Shown here: piece after piece, positions 38,418 to 50,500 of the stretch
How positions within the stretch are numbered: position 1 is the first letter of the stretch
How the letters are laid out: every line of letters starts with the position of its first letter
Assembly (NCBI RefSeq): GCF_964204645.1
Contig: NC_134027.1
Location: forward strand, 15,036,485-15,100,484
Origin: Tubulanus polymorphus
Lineage: Eukaryota; Animalia; Nemertea
Length of the DNA: 64,000 nt
Reading direction: 5' to 3'
Translations under genes and position numbers: made by a program
Notes under the pieces: model-generated
The model's database searches: none
What the model saw: only the letters and a program-made list of their open reading frames with translations
Told to the model about the DNA's origin: nothing

Positions 38418-41262
38418 TTGCGCAAACTCGCTCGAATCATGTCTACCAACGAGGAACAAAAACTCAAGGCCAAGAATAATCGTCGAACAGCCAAGAGTAA
38501 CTTTACGAGAGCCGTTAATACGTTGGATGGCTACATAGCAGCGAACAGACCGATGGCGGAGACTGAAGAGATGTTTATCGACGTTGAAAGAAGATTTAAA
38601 ACAGTTGAATCGTGCCATGACCTATATTGCAGCTATTTAACTGATATCGAATACGATACCGAAGAATCGTGGATAAATGAACTGTCAGATAAGTTTCATC
38701 ATTTACATTGTAAATACAACGATATTCGTCGTGTTACCGGTAGATGTTAAGCAGCCATTACCGTCTGAATCGTCCGATGAACCTACCGTGAAAGTTCATG
38801 TCGAGAAAATGCCGTTCCCTACGTTCGACGGAAAAGTGGACGAATATTTGATATTCAAGCGAGATTGGAAACGAATTGTCGAATCTCAGTATGGCAGATC
38901 AGCGGAAACGTTGTACCTATTGAATAAAAAACTGTCAGTAGATGTTAAGAAATGGATAATCGGTCAATCTAACTATGAAGGTGCGTGGAAAATCTTGGAC
39001 GAAGTATTTGGTGATTCGCGTCGTGTAAGCGATACTTTGATATCTGAGATTGAGCGTTTCAAACCGTTGTCGGACTCGTATGATGCACGATTATTGTCTT
39101 TCTACCATCTCGTCTTGAAAGCATTAAATGTTCTAAACGAATATCAGAGAAAAAGTGACATAGATAACAGTACAACACTGGGCATTATAGAACGCAAATT
39201 GTGCCTGGATGATCGTATAAAATGGGCCGAAACACAGCGTCATGAAAATATTCAGCCTTCAGTCGACACATTCTTATCGTGGCTATCAGACAAGATTTGG
39301 GTGCGAAATGTTGCATGTGCTGATCTCAGAAATCCTAGTAGAAGATCGGGGCTAGTATCCCACGTCACTGAACACGCCGGTAATTCGTGGAATTCAAAGA
39401 ATGGTGGTTCGCAAAATGAGTCAACTCGTGATCGAGAACATCCATCGTGGAATCCAGCAACAAAGCCGAAACACTGCTGGTATTGTAAAGCTGACCATTT
39501 AGCCATCGATTGCGCCGTGTTCAAACGTCTATCTCCAAATGAGCGTCTTAGAGAAACCAATGAAAATCGGGTGTGTTATTTCTGTTTGAAAAAACACAGA
39601 TTCCCATGTATGACGCGAAAAGTAAAATGCACAGAGAAGACTAACGATGTAGCCTGTTCGTACCATCATCACCCGTTGTTACATGGAGCTGATTTCAAAA
39701 AATGCGACTCTAATAACTGTATCAGTTCGAGCCAGAAATTGCTACCTATTGTTACCCAGAAAATAGGCAACCCGGAAGATGAAACTTGGGTAACAGGAAA
39801 TATTTTACTCGACTCAGGTAGTGATTTATGTCTCATTCGCAACGCATTCGCACGAAAACTAGGTATACGCGGTGAACCGGAACAGTTAAATTTCACTATA
39901 GCGTCGGGCGAAACCATAAATCGAGCATGCTGTGCGTACGATGTATTAATTCGCGGTGAAGATGAATCTGAATATCGTGTAAAACTGAAAGGCATAGATA
40001 AGATTACCGAAGATGCGCAACACGTCGACATGAAACCGTTAGCTGGAAAATTCGGCATCGATGAAGATAGGATTTCGCGGAGCGGAGGGCCTATCGATAT
40101 TCTAATCGGAATTGATCATATTGACTTTCACACGGGGAATACTACCAAAATTGAAAACCTAGCTCATCGTGAAACATGCATAGGTCCAGTGATATATGGT
40201 GTAAATTCGTTATCTGGTTTGAAGGAACGTAGCTCGCTAAACACCATAGTTGAAAAATTCGATTTACAACAATTTTGGACAGTCGAATCAATGGGCGTTG
40301 ACATCCGAAATGCAGAAAATGCTATGAGTAAATCAGTAGTAACTCCGTATCGAAAGAATTTAACACCTCGTGATAATAGGTTAGTAAGCGATTTGTGTAG
40401 TAAAGCTAAGATCGAACACGGACAATGGACAATTTCAGTTCCATGGAAGAACTACCCTCAAAATCTACCGTACAATTATTCTCAGGTTAAAGCGAAACTG
40501 ATTAGCACCGAAAGGCGATTGTTAACGAAGTCATCAAAAGATGCCGAGATGTATGATCAACAAATTCGTGATCTCGTTGATAATGGCTCGGCAAGAATAC
40601 TTAGTAACGAAGAAATCCGAATGCTAGTGGGACCGGTTCATTATATCAGTCATCATGCGGTATATCGCGACGACAAGCCACCGCATCCATGCAGAGTGGT
40701 ATTCAACCTAGCAGCTGCATATCGCGGTCATGTGCTCAACAATTACATAGTCAGTGTGGCGATCACTTAAATGATTTGTTAGGTGTTTTACTGCGGTGGA
40801 GAGAAAACCTTGTGCCCATCGTCGGTGATGTAAGTCGAATGTTTCATCAGGTTCTAATGGACCCAGTTTCCAGACATACACACCGTTTTCTCTGGCGTAA
40901 CTTCGAAACAACTCGAGAACCCGACATATACGTAACTAACGTCTGGACATTCGGAAACATCGCGTCTCCGACATTGCAAACTTAGCCCTAGACATGACAG
41001 CGAAACAAAATTTAATTGATTATCCCGATGCTGCCGCAACTATACTGAATCAAAGATATATGGATGACATTGCTGAAAGTGTAAACAAAACGGAAACAGC
41101 AGAAAAGCGTATCACTGAAATTGATAAAGTACTAGAAACCGGTCATTTCAAAATCAAGTCATGGTCATCCAGTGAATCATTCCCTGGTATCTCGAGCAAT
41201 ACAGGCGATGAGAAAGTTCTGGGTACGGTGTGGAATAAAGACAGTGACAAGTTTCATTTTCA
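38418..41262 (+). mobile_element. BEL/Pao gag-pro-RT, frameshifted and 3'-truncated (possible 5' LTR ~37952-38398)
   Basis: PTFDG gag motif, three Cys-His boxes (CWYC...H...C; CYFC..H; C...HHPLLH), protease ILLDSGSD, RT GDVSRMFHQV...YMDD. Ends abruptly at AT-rich DNA. Confidence 0.9.
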
Positions 41263-41475
41263 TATATTTCAGTTATTATTTTTTTAATATCATTAATAAT
41301 AAAATCCTCATCTAATTCATAAAATCTTAAAGACTCGGTAATCTTTTCTACATTAAAAGTTTCTTTAACTATTGTTTTTTCATTCTCAAATGTTGTTTCG
41401 TTAGAAAATGCAATATTTTTAATATGAGTTATTACATCATTAATGTTAAATTTCATTTCTTTCTCACGTTTAAAA

Positions 41476-42260
41476 TCAAATCCAAAACATATACTCGGTC
41501 CAACAGTTATATTCATTTATATAGTCAAAAAATCTACATCTTATAACTAATTCATAAATTACGGGAAAATTATTTAAATCAATTAAGTAACCATTATGAT
41601 TTCTTATTTCTAATTTAAAATTATTAAAATGTGGAATACAAGGTTTAAATTCGAATTCTGATAAATAATAATTAATTTGTCTTCCAAAGTGTCTAACATT
41701 TTTTAATGGTAAAATATTTAATATACTAGAATTACAAATGGTATCTTTAGTTGCTTCAAATGTTTTTGTAGGATCAATTAAATTACAATAAATATAGAAA
41801 TGTGTGTAAGGTACTAAGTATGATCTACCTTCTGCGTTTACTGTAACATCTGGGTTTATTCCTAACAGTTTAGCTAAAGGTTTTCTTACTGTAACTTTAA
41901 ATTGTTCATCATGAGCTAACCTAATCTTTATTTTATTAGAACTATCACTTTTTGAAAATGTTAAATCCGGAATCACTTCCTAATTTAGCTCGAGCTTTTT
42001 TTATTAATTTCTTGCGCTAATGTATCTAAATTATATAATCCTGGTTTTAAATATATAAAAAACCATTTATTCCTTTTTTTGTAAAAGATTGAAAAAATTA
42101 AATGTTCTAGACTTTTATTCGATATATTGTAAATATATATTTACTAATTTTAAATCTACACAATTTTTAAATTCTCTATCTAATTGTACTAGTAAATTAT
42201 GTGATTTTGAAATTGTAAGTCTTCTAGAATCAACAAATATTCTATATTCCTTTAGATGAA
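41476..42260 (-). pseudogene. Polinton/adintovirus-like minor capsid (penton) protein
   Basis: C-terminal pattern FYIYCNLIDP...ILNILPL...EFKP...LEIRNHNGYLIDLNNFPVIYELVIR resembles Polinton pentons. Very AT-rich, like the PolB region. Recognised by pattern only. Confidence 0.6.
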
Positions 42261-42262
42261 GC

Positions 42263-45200
42263 AGTGAGTATTAAATTACGTCGCGATACGGGTGCCTCTC
42301 AAACTTTAATGTTGGAGAGTCTTTTACCGTTATCTGGTAGTACTTTAATCGGTGAACATGTTCTCATTAGAGGAGTTGGTTCAGAAATAATCAAAGTTCC
42401 ACTCCACAGAGTTTATCTGGATTCTGATTTAGTTCGCGGTTCTGTAGTTGTGGGCGTTCAGTCGTCACTACCTATTTTGGGTGTATCTATGCTCCTCGGT
42501 AATGACTTGGCTGGTGGTAGAGTACACGTTAACCCTTTAGTCACTACAGATCCTCTACTTAATATAGATACTGAAAGTTTAGAGAAAACATATCCTGGAA
42601 TTTTCCCATCATCTGTAACTACTAGGGGTATGTCACGATGTGCTGATAAGATAATGGGATCTAAGCCCTGTTTAGAAAACAAAGAGTTTTCTAATGAAAT
42701 GGTAGATTTAAGTGATTCGTTTCTTGGTCGAATTTTTGACGAAACGCCTACCGGTTTCATTTCATCTAATAAAGATGTATCATCAAGGTCAAACCTTATT
42801 GATTTGCAGAATGTCGAACCAGAGTTCAAGACATTTTTAAATTCTGCTTCCGATTCAATTGAATCATTAACTGATACGCCTTCTGGATATTATTTTCAGT
42901 CTGGAGTGTTGATGCGTAAATGGCGACCTCCAGATGTTCCAGCAAGTAATGAATGGAAAGTTTATCATCAGATAGTTGTTCCAACACCATATCGGAATGA
43001 TATTCTAAGTTTAGCTCATGAAACTTCGCTTGCTGGTCATCTGGGAGTCACCAAGACTTACAACAATGTCTTAAATCACTTTTTCTGGCCTGGTTTAAAG
43101 CGTGATGTTCAAAAATTTTGTGCAACCTGTCGAACATGCCAGGAGTCTGGTAAGCCTAACCAGATAATACCCCCTGCACCTCTTATTCCGATTCCAGCGT
43201 TCGGGGAGCCGTTTGCAGAGGTTATTTGCGATTGTGTAGGTCCATTACCGAAAACTAAATCAGGGTTTCAGTATCTGTTGACAATAATGTGTAAAGCAAC
43301 ACGTTTCGCTGAAGCTATACCGTTAAGGAATATAACTGCACCACTTATCTGCAAAGCATTGGTTAAATTTTTTACGCTGTTTGGGTAACCGACATCGGTG
43401 CAGTCTGATCAAGGTTCGAACTTCGTATCCAATATATTCCAACAGGTTATGTATCAGCTAGGAATTAAACAAAATATTTCTAGCGCTTACCACCCTGCAT
43501 CTCAGGGAGCTCTTGAACGTTTCCATCAGACCCTCAAAGCAATGCTTCGAACATATAGTATACAACATGAGAAAGATTGGGATGAGGCAGTACCATTTCT
43601 ACTTTTTGCTATGAGAGAAGCAGTTCAAGAATCCCTGGGATTTAGCCCTTTTGAGTTGGTATTTGGTCACCAGGTTAGAGGTCCATTAAAACTAATTAAA
43701 GAAAGATGGCTTGATAAAACTGATGAAATTAATTTGTTAACGTATATTTCCAATTTCAAAGAACGGTTGTATTCTGCATGGGAATGTGCTCGTATGCACC
43801 TAAAGCAAGCACAGGGACGTATGAAAACCTGGTATGACAAAAAAGCTCGTAACAGAGAGTTCAAAAAAGATGATTAAGTTTTGGTGTTATTTCCACTGAA
43901 AGGTCATCCGTTTAAAGCTTAATTTCATGGTCCGTATGTAGTGCAAGAAAAGGTGAACGATGTGAATTATATTGTTTCAACGCCTGACCGTAGAAAAGCT
44001 ACTCAATTATGCCATATTAATATGTTGAAACTTTACATAGATCGTCCACAGTCTGTCGGTATGATTTCAATTGCTGAAAATAATACTAATGAAATATGTA
44101 TTTCAAACTATATTGAAAATCCATTGCATCTAGAATCTGATTTCGATAATTCTAAATTAGCTACTATTGCACCTGGTTTCAATAACAGCAAGGTAATAAG
44201 CAGAAAAAGTATGTCATTTAGGTTCAAAAGAAAAAGATCAATTATTGCAACTTATTAACGACAATAAACATCTTTTTACAGATCAACCTGGTCTAACATC
44301 TCATGATGTCGATGTTGGGGATGCTACTCCTAACAAACAGCATCATTATAGAGTGAACCCACAAAAAGGTGAAATTATGAAACAGGAGGTAATTTCTATG
44401 ATTAAAATGGCCGTAGCTGAGCCTAGTGAAAGTGAGTGGAGTCCTCCGTGCTTGCTAGTACCCAAACCTGGAGGTAAGTGGCGTTTTGTAACTGACTTTA
44501 GAAAAGTCAATGCTGTGACTAAGTCTGATAGTTACCCAATGCCACGAGTCGACGATCTTATTGATCGCATTGGCCGAGCCAAATATGTCAGTAAATTCGA
44601 CCTAACAAAAGGGTACTGGCAGGTACCTCTTTCTGAAAGAGCTAAAGAAATCAGCGCTTTTGTGACCCCCGACGGATTATTTCAATATCGCGTTATGCCT
44701 TTTGGCATGAAGAATTCTGCCGCCACCTTCCAGCGGTTAATGAACAAAGTAGTGCGTGGGCTAGTATGTGTTGTAGTATATTTGGATGATATCATTGTTT
44801 TTTCCGACACTTGGGAAGAACACCTACAACAAATGAAAAATCTGTTTCATAATCTCACCGAAGCTAATCTAACTGTTAATTTAGAAAAAAAGCGAATTTG
44901 GTAAGGTCACAGTTAAATATCTAGGCCATATAGTGGGACAAGGTCAAGTACGCCCCATAGATGCAAAAGTCAAAGCTATAATTGAGTATTCACCACCTTC
45001 TAACAAGCGTGACATCATGCGTTTTTTAGGAATGGCGGGATATTATAGAAAGTTTTGTAAAAATTTCGCAAAAGTCACTGTTCCTTTGACCGAGTTGCTG
45101 AAAAAGGATGCAAAATTTGAGTGGAGTGAAACTTGTGAGAAATCTTTTCAATCAGTAAAACATTTGTTGATGTCAACTCCTATTCTCGCAGCTCCAAATT

Positions 45201-46717
45201 TCGATAGACAATTTAAGCTTACTGATTGATCGCATTGGCCGAGCCAAATATGTCAGTAAATTCGACCTAACAAAAGGGTACTGGCAGGTACCTCTTTCTG
45301 AAAGAGCTAAAGAAATCAGCGCTTTTGTGACCCCCGACGGATTATTTCAATATCGCGTTATGCCTTTTGGCATGAAGAATTCTGCCGCCACCTTCCAGCG
45401 GTTAATGAACAAAGTAGTGCGTGGGCTAGTATGTGTTGTAGTATATTTGGATGATATCATTGTTTTTTCCGACACTTGGGAAGAACACCTACAACAAATG
45501 AAAAATCTGTTTCATAATCTCACCGAAGCTAATCTAACTGTTAATTTAGAAAAAAAGCGAATTTGGTAAGGTCACAGTTAAATATCTAGGCCATATAGTG
45601 GGACAAGGTCAAGTACGCCCCATAGATGCAAAAGTCAAAGCTATTATTGAGTATTCACCACCTTCTAACAAGCGTGACATCATGCGTTTTTTAGGAATGG
45701 CGGGATATTATAGAAAGTTTTGTAAAAATTTCGCAAAAGTCACTGTTCCTTTGACCGAGTTGCTGAAAAAGGATGCAAAATTTGAGTGGAGTGAAACTTG
45801 TGAGAAATCTTTTCAATCAGTAAAACATTTGTTGATGTCAACTCCTATTCTCGCAGCTCCAAATTTCGATAAACAATTTAAGCTTACTGTAGACGCCAGT
45901 GATTCGGGTGCTGGCGCAGTTTTAGCTCAAGATGATGATGACGGTTTGGGACATCCTTTTTGTTCTTTTCAAAGAAGTGTGTAGCTGCGCAGAAAAATTA
46001 CTCGACAATTGAGAAAGAATGTCTGTCTATAATCTTAGCTTTAGAACATTTTGATGTTCATACAAGTATGAAAATCTCTCCAGTAGTTAAATTTACAGAT
46101 CACAATCCATTAAATTTCTTGTATAAGATGCAGAACAAGAATAAGCGTCTCATGGCTTGGAGTGTGCTACTGCAGTCGTATGACTTAGACTTAAGACGCA
46201 TTAAAGGACGCTGTAATGTGGTTTCAGATGCCCTTTCGCGCTCATAATATTACGTAATAATTAATGTGTAATGTATTGTTGAAATATTCCGAATCGTTAT
46301 GTTCTGAAGATTAAATATGTGTTTGTTTGTATTTTTTGTCGAATTTTGTAGAATGTATGTAAGTGTATTTTTTTCTAGAAATACATCTCTGAATGTTTTA
46401 AGGGTGCGGGTGTTACCCAGTTATTGTATAGTTATTGTATGTATAGTGTTTATTTGGTATTCTGACTTCAGTCTGTTCAGTGTGAATCATTCAGTGTTTA
46501 TACTTGACTTACCCCTAAAAACTGTACCTATATGAATATCTGTTTACTGACCACTGTCAGTCCCAGCCACAGTACTTTAATAAATGCTCGACGTTGTAAT
46601 ATTATACGTCTGGTGTCGTCGTTAGTTTTATGGGTGTTGTTCGACCCTGGAGCTTGGATCCGAAAAGGAATTGGGTATTTCGGCCCTGGAGTTTAATCCG
46701 TAAGAGTACTTAGGACA
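42263..46717 (+). mobile_element. Gmr1-like Gypsy element (PR-INT-RT-RH order), 5'-truncated, 3' LTR ~46411-46717
   Basis: RDTGASQTL protease, then integrase (HET..AGHLG...CRTC; DCVGP; SDQGSNF; GALER) before RT (YLDD) and RNase H (VDASD, TDHNPL). PPT AAGGGTGCGGG precedes TGTTAC. Confidence 0.88.
44560..45889 (+). repeat. 665-bp tandem duplication within the Gmr1-like RT
   Basis: Units 44560-45224 and 45225-45889 are near-identical and share the same frameshift. Confidence 0.95.
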
Positions 46718-47000
46718 AGAAGATTATGTGATATTTTGTAATGAATGTGGATGGCAAAGAAATTTATGGGGTGATGAAAAAACTAGAGATATTCTTATAG
46801 AACCAAAATTAAAATATCTAGATGAAATTTTGAGGATATTTTCTATGGAAGATCATACACCAGAATATAAGTAATGGCTTGAAAAAATGAAAATGATAGA
46901 AAATAAAAATGGTGAAATAACTAAGAAAGATATATTAAAAACAATTATTCCATCAACATGTAACACAAAAGAAAAGAAAATTTATTTATATTTATTGAAT
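46718..47000 (+). pseudogene. Putative VLTF3-like protein, N-terminal half
   Basis: Translates YVIFCNECGW...KLKYLDEILRIF...ITKKDILKTI...KIYLYLLN with one internal stop. Continues after the Gypsy at 55590. Confidence 0.5.
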
Positions 47001-47568
47001 TGTAGCGGAAAACGGGGGCAAGGCGGTGCTGCCCTCTCTCTTCGAATATGGGTGTCGTTCTTCTGCTCGTCTCATAAATTCATCGATGTAATCGGCAACC
47101 ATCTAATTTGTCAGGATGTCTAAACAGGTAAAAATCTTATCTTCTTAGCCCGCTACGGAGTTCGCTCACGTCGAATGATTTCTGGTAGTGAAATCAAAAG
47201 GGGAAATAACTAATATCTCGCCGCAAGGGATGATCCTCATGAGAAACCGAGAGAGATAAATATATAAAAATAGCCACGATATGAAAATTCTAATCTAGTG
47301 TATACAGATCGTGGCTATTTTTATATATTTATCTCTCTCGGTTTCTCATGAGGATCATCCCTTGCAGAAAGATATTAGTTATTTCCCTTTTTGATTTCAC
47401 TACCAGAAATCATTCGACGTGAGCGAACTCCGTAGCGGGCTTAGAAGATAAGATTTTTACCTGTTTAGACATCCTGATTACATCGACAAATTTATGAGAC
47501 GAGCAGAAGAACGACCGCCATATTCGAAGAGAGAGGGCAGCACCGCCTTGCCCCCGTTTTCTGCTACA
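47001..47568. repeat. Palindrome formed by an inverted duplication of the LTR 3' end
   Basis: 47001-47313 is the reverse complement of 55277-55589. 47308-47568 is the forward LTR end. The spacer is 27 bp. Confidence 0.92.
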
Positions 47569-50500
47569 ATTGGTGTCAGAAGTGGGATGATTCTCTTTGA
47601 GATTCCAGATTGAGATATTTCTTTTTTATATAGCCTCGCAAGATAACAGATACATATTTTAGTAGATTCTGACAAGTTGCCTTTAGATATAGTCGATAGG
47701 TTTAGTATATATTGCTGCATGTAGTTAGATTATAAGCAAGAACATACAATTTAGACTTCGTATTTTATACAGATTCGAAGTCGTTCAAGTCAGCAAAAAT
47801 GAGTTATCCAGTGACTCGTGCATCGCGTGCTCGCATTATGCGTAGTAAAAGTTCAGAAGATATATCAAGTCCAGACGGTCTTGTGAATAACGAGACGTCG
47901 ATAACAGTAGTTCAAGGTGATGTAGGTCCTGTAAGCAGGTCCGCATCGTATCGGTCTAGTATGACCAGTAATCCGACAGGCCAAACGTTCTCTGGCGAGA
48001 GTCAAGATGGAACATGGTCTCGAAGTAGTGGTTCGGCGGATGTAGGTAGAACAAGTTCTTCCGGTTCCCGCAATATAGAACCAAATGTGATCTGTAAGAT
48101 AGAACCAGAAAATTATTCAGGTGACGGATCATGGCAAGATTATAGATTAGGATTTGAAACAGTATCTAGAATCAACCACTGGTCAAACGATGTGAAAGCC
48201 GATTTCCTACTCGCTTCACTACGAGGCGCGGCTAGACAATTAGTTTGTACCAAGTTGGTTAACACGGAAAGATTAGAGTATCAAGAAATCTGTAAGATTT
48301 TAGATGCAAGATTTGGTCCAGGGGATTTCGCAGAAGTCCATCTGGCCGAACTGCGCAATAGAAAACGCAAGAGACATGAGAGTTTAAAAGAATTGGGACA
48401 AGCAGTAATAATACTGTGTGCTCAAGCGTATCCTGAATTCTCTTTGATACAAAGAGACAAGCTAGCCAGAACCCATTTCATTGAAGCATTATCTGATTGT
48501 GAAATGAGAATGAGATTATGGCAATCAGATGTAAAGAGTTTTGATGAATTGATCTCGTATGCGTTGCGTTTAGAAAGTATATATATATATGATGGAATCA
48601 TCAAATGATAGGTTTCCACGAGAAACGTATGTAAGACAAGCGATAGTTTCAGACGAGCTTAAGAAAGAAATGGCGAGTTTAAGAGAAGATGTGCGACGTA
48701 TGTGCAATAGTCGTAGAGATAATCATAAATCTCAGTCGACACCATACAGAGCAAGTAATAACGTAGTTTGTTATAACTGCCAACAAAAGGGTCATATAGC
48801 AAGACAATGTACACAGCAGCCTTTAAACTCTCCCGCGCCGTTCAAAAGGGAGTAGGTTCGGCTAGAGTAAATGAAGCAAATCTCCCAAAGAATTTAGAGA
48901 TTCAAGATAAACAAAAGAGTAATGTTTCTAAAGTATACGTACTGTCTAAAAATGATAAATCACAATCAGCGATTTATTTGTCAGCAGTAGTACACGGAGT
49001 GTCTGTGAAGTATCTGGTAGATACCGGTGCTCATAACACAATCATCAGTAATCGTTTGTATACTGAAATTATAAAGAATCACAAGATGAAATTAGAACAA
49101 TCAAATATACGACTCTATGCGGCTGATCATAGTAGTATTAGAGTGAGAGGTACAGCGATCATTCCCTTAGGTCTATTTGGAAAAAATGTACCTTGGGAAG
49201 TGAAAGTGGCTGAAATTAAAGAAGACGCTATTCTAGGAATGGATTTTCTGACAGCGTATGATTGTCATATTCATTTAAAACAGCGGACAGTGACTTGTCA
49301 AGGTCATCAAATTCAGGAGGAGTCAATAGCTCCTATTCATGAGAACACAATATTAATTAGATCAACAGAAAGAATTAAGGTCCCGCCTTTATCTGAGATA
49401 ACTGTGTCGGGCTATATCGAGGAGAAAGATAAACAGTACTTAGGCGAATGGGCGATGGTAGAATCGAACCACAATTGGAAGTTAGGGCCTGAAATGTGTG
49501 TAGCACGTAGTGTAGTGGATACAGAGAAATCACAAATATTGGTTAGAATCGTAAATTTAGGCGATCAGCCGCGAGTATTGTATAAAAATACCTCGATGGC
49601 TAAAATATCAAGAGTGAGAGCTATATGGTCATAGGAAGGGACAAGTGTCAAATCAGATCAAGTTAATCAAGTAGAGAGTAAAGAATCTCTAGAATATCTA
49701 GAAGACTTAATCAAGCGTAGTTGTGAGGGTTTGAGCCCAGAACAATCTAGAAAAGTGCGAAATTCAATTGTGAAATACGCAGATGTATTTGCGAAATCGG
49801 ATATAGATTTAGGGGAAGCGAAAGGAGTTTACCATACTATAGATACTGGTTCAACGCCACCTATCAAACAGCGATTTCGGCGATTACCATTAGCAAAACA
49901 GGTAGAATTAGATAAACTTTTGAAAGATATGATGGATTCCTAAGTGATCGAGAATAGCCAATCACCATGGAGTAGTCCAATAGTATTGGTGACCAAGAAA
50001 GATGGTAACCTTAGATTTTGCTTAGACTATCGGGCTTTAAACGAGTGTACAGTGTCAGACTCCTATCCATTACCTCGAATTGATGATACGATAAGGTCGT
50101 CATCTGGAGCCAAGTATTTCTGTGGAGCCGATCTTCAGGCAGGTTACTGGCAAGTTCCAGTATCGCCTAAAGACAAAGAAAAGACAGCATTTGTAGTCCC
50201 GCAAGGTTTATATCAATTTAGAAAAATGCCTATGGGTCTAAAGAACAGTGGTCCTACTTTTGAGAGACTCATGGAAAGAGTTCTGGAAGGCTTATTGAAC
50301 GACATAGTCCTAGTTTATCTAGATGATGTCATTATATTTGGCAAAGATTTTGAATCGACTTTGACGAATTTAGAAAAAGTTTTTGAGCGCCTACGAGCAG
50401 CTAGGTTGAAACTCAAGCCGAAGAAATGTCATTTCTTCAAAAGTAGTATTGAATTTTTAGGGCACATAGTGTAAGACCAAGGCATTGCTTGTACTGAAAC

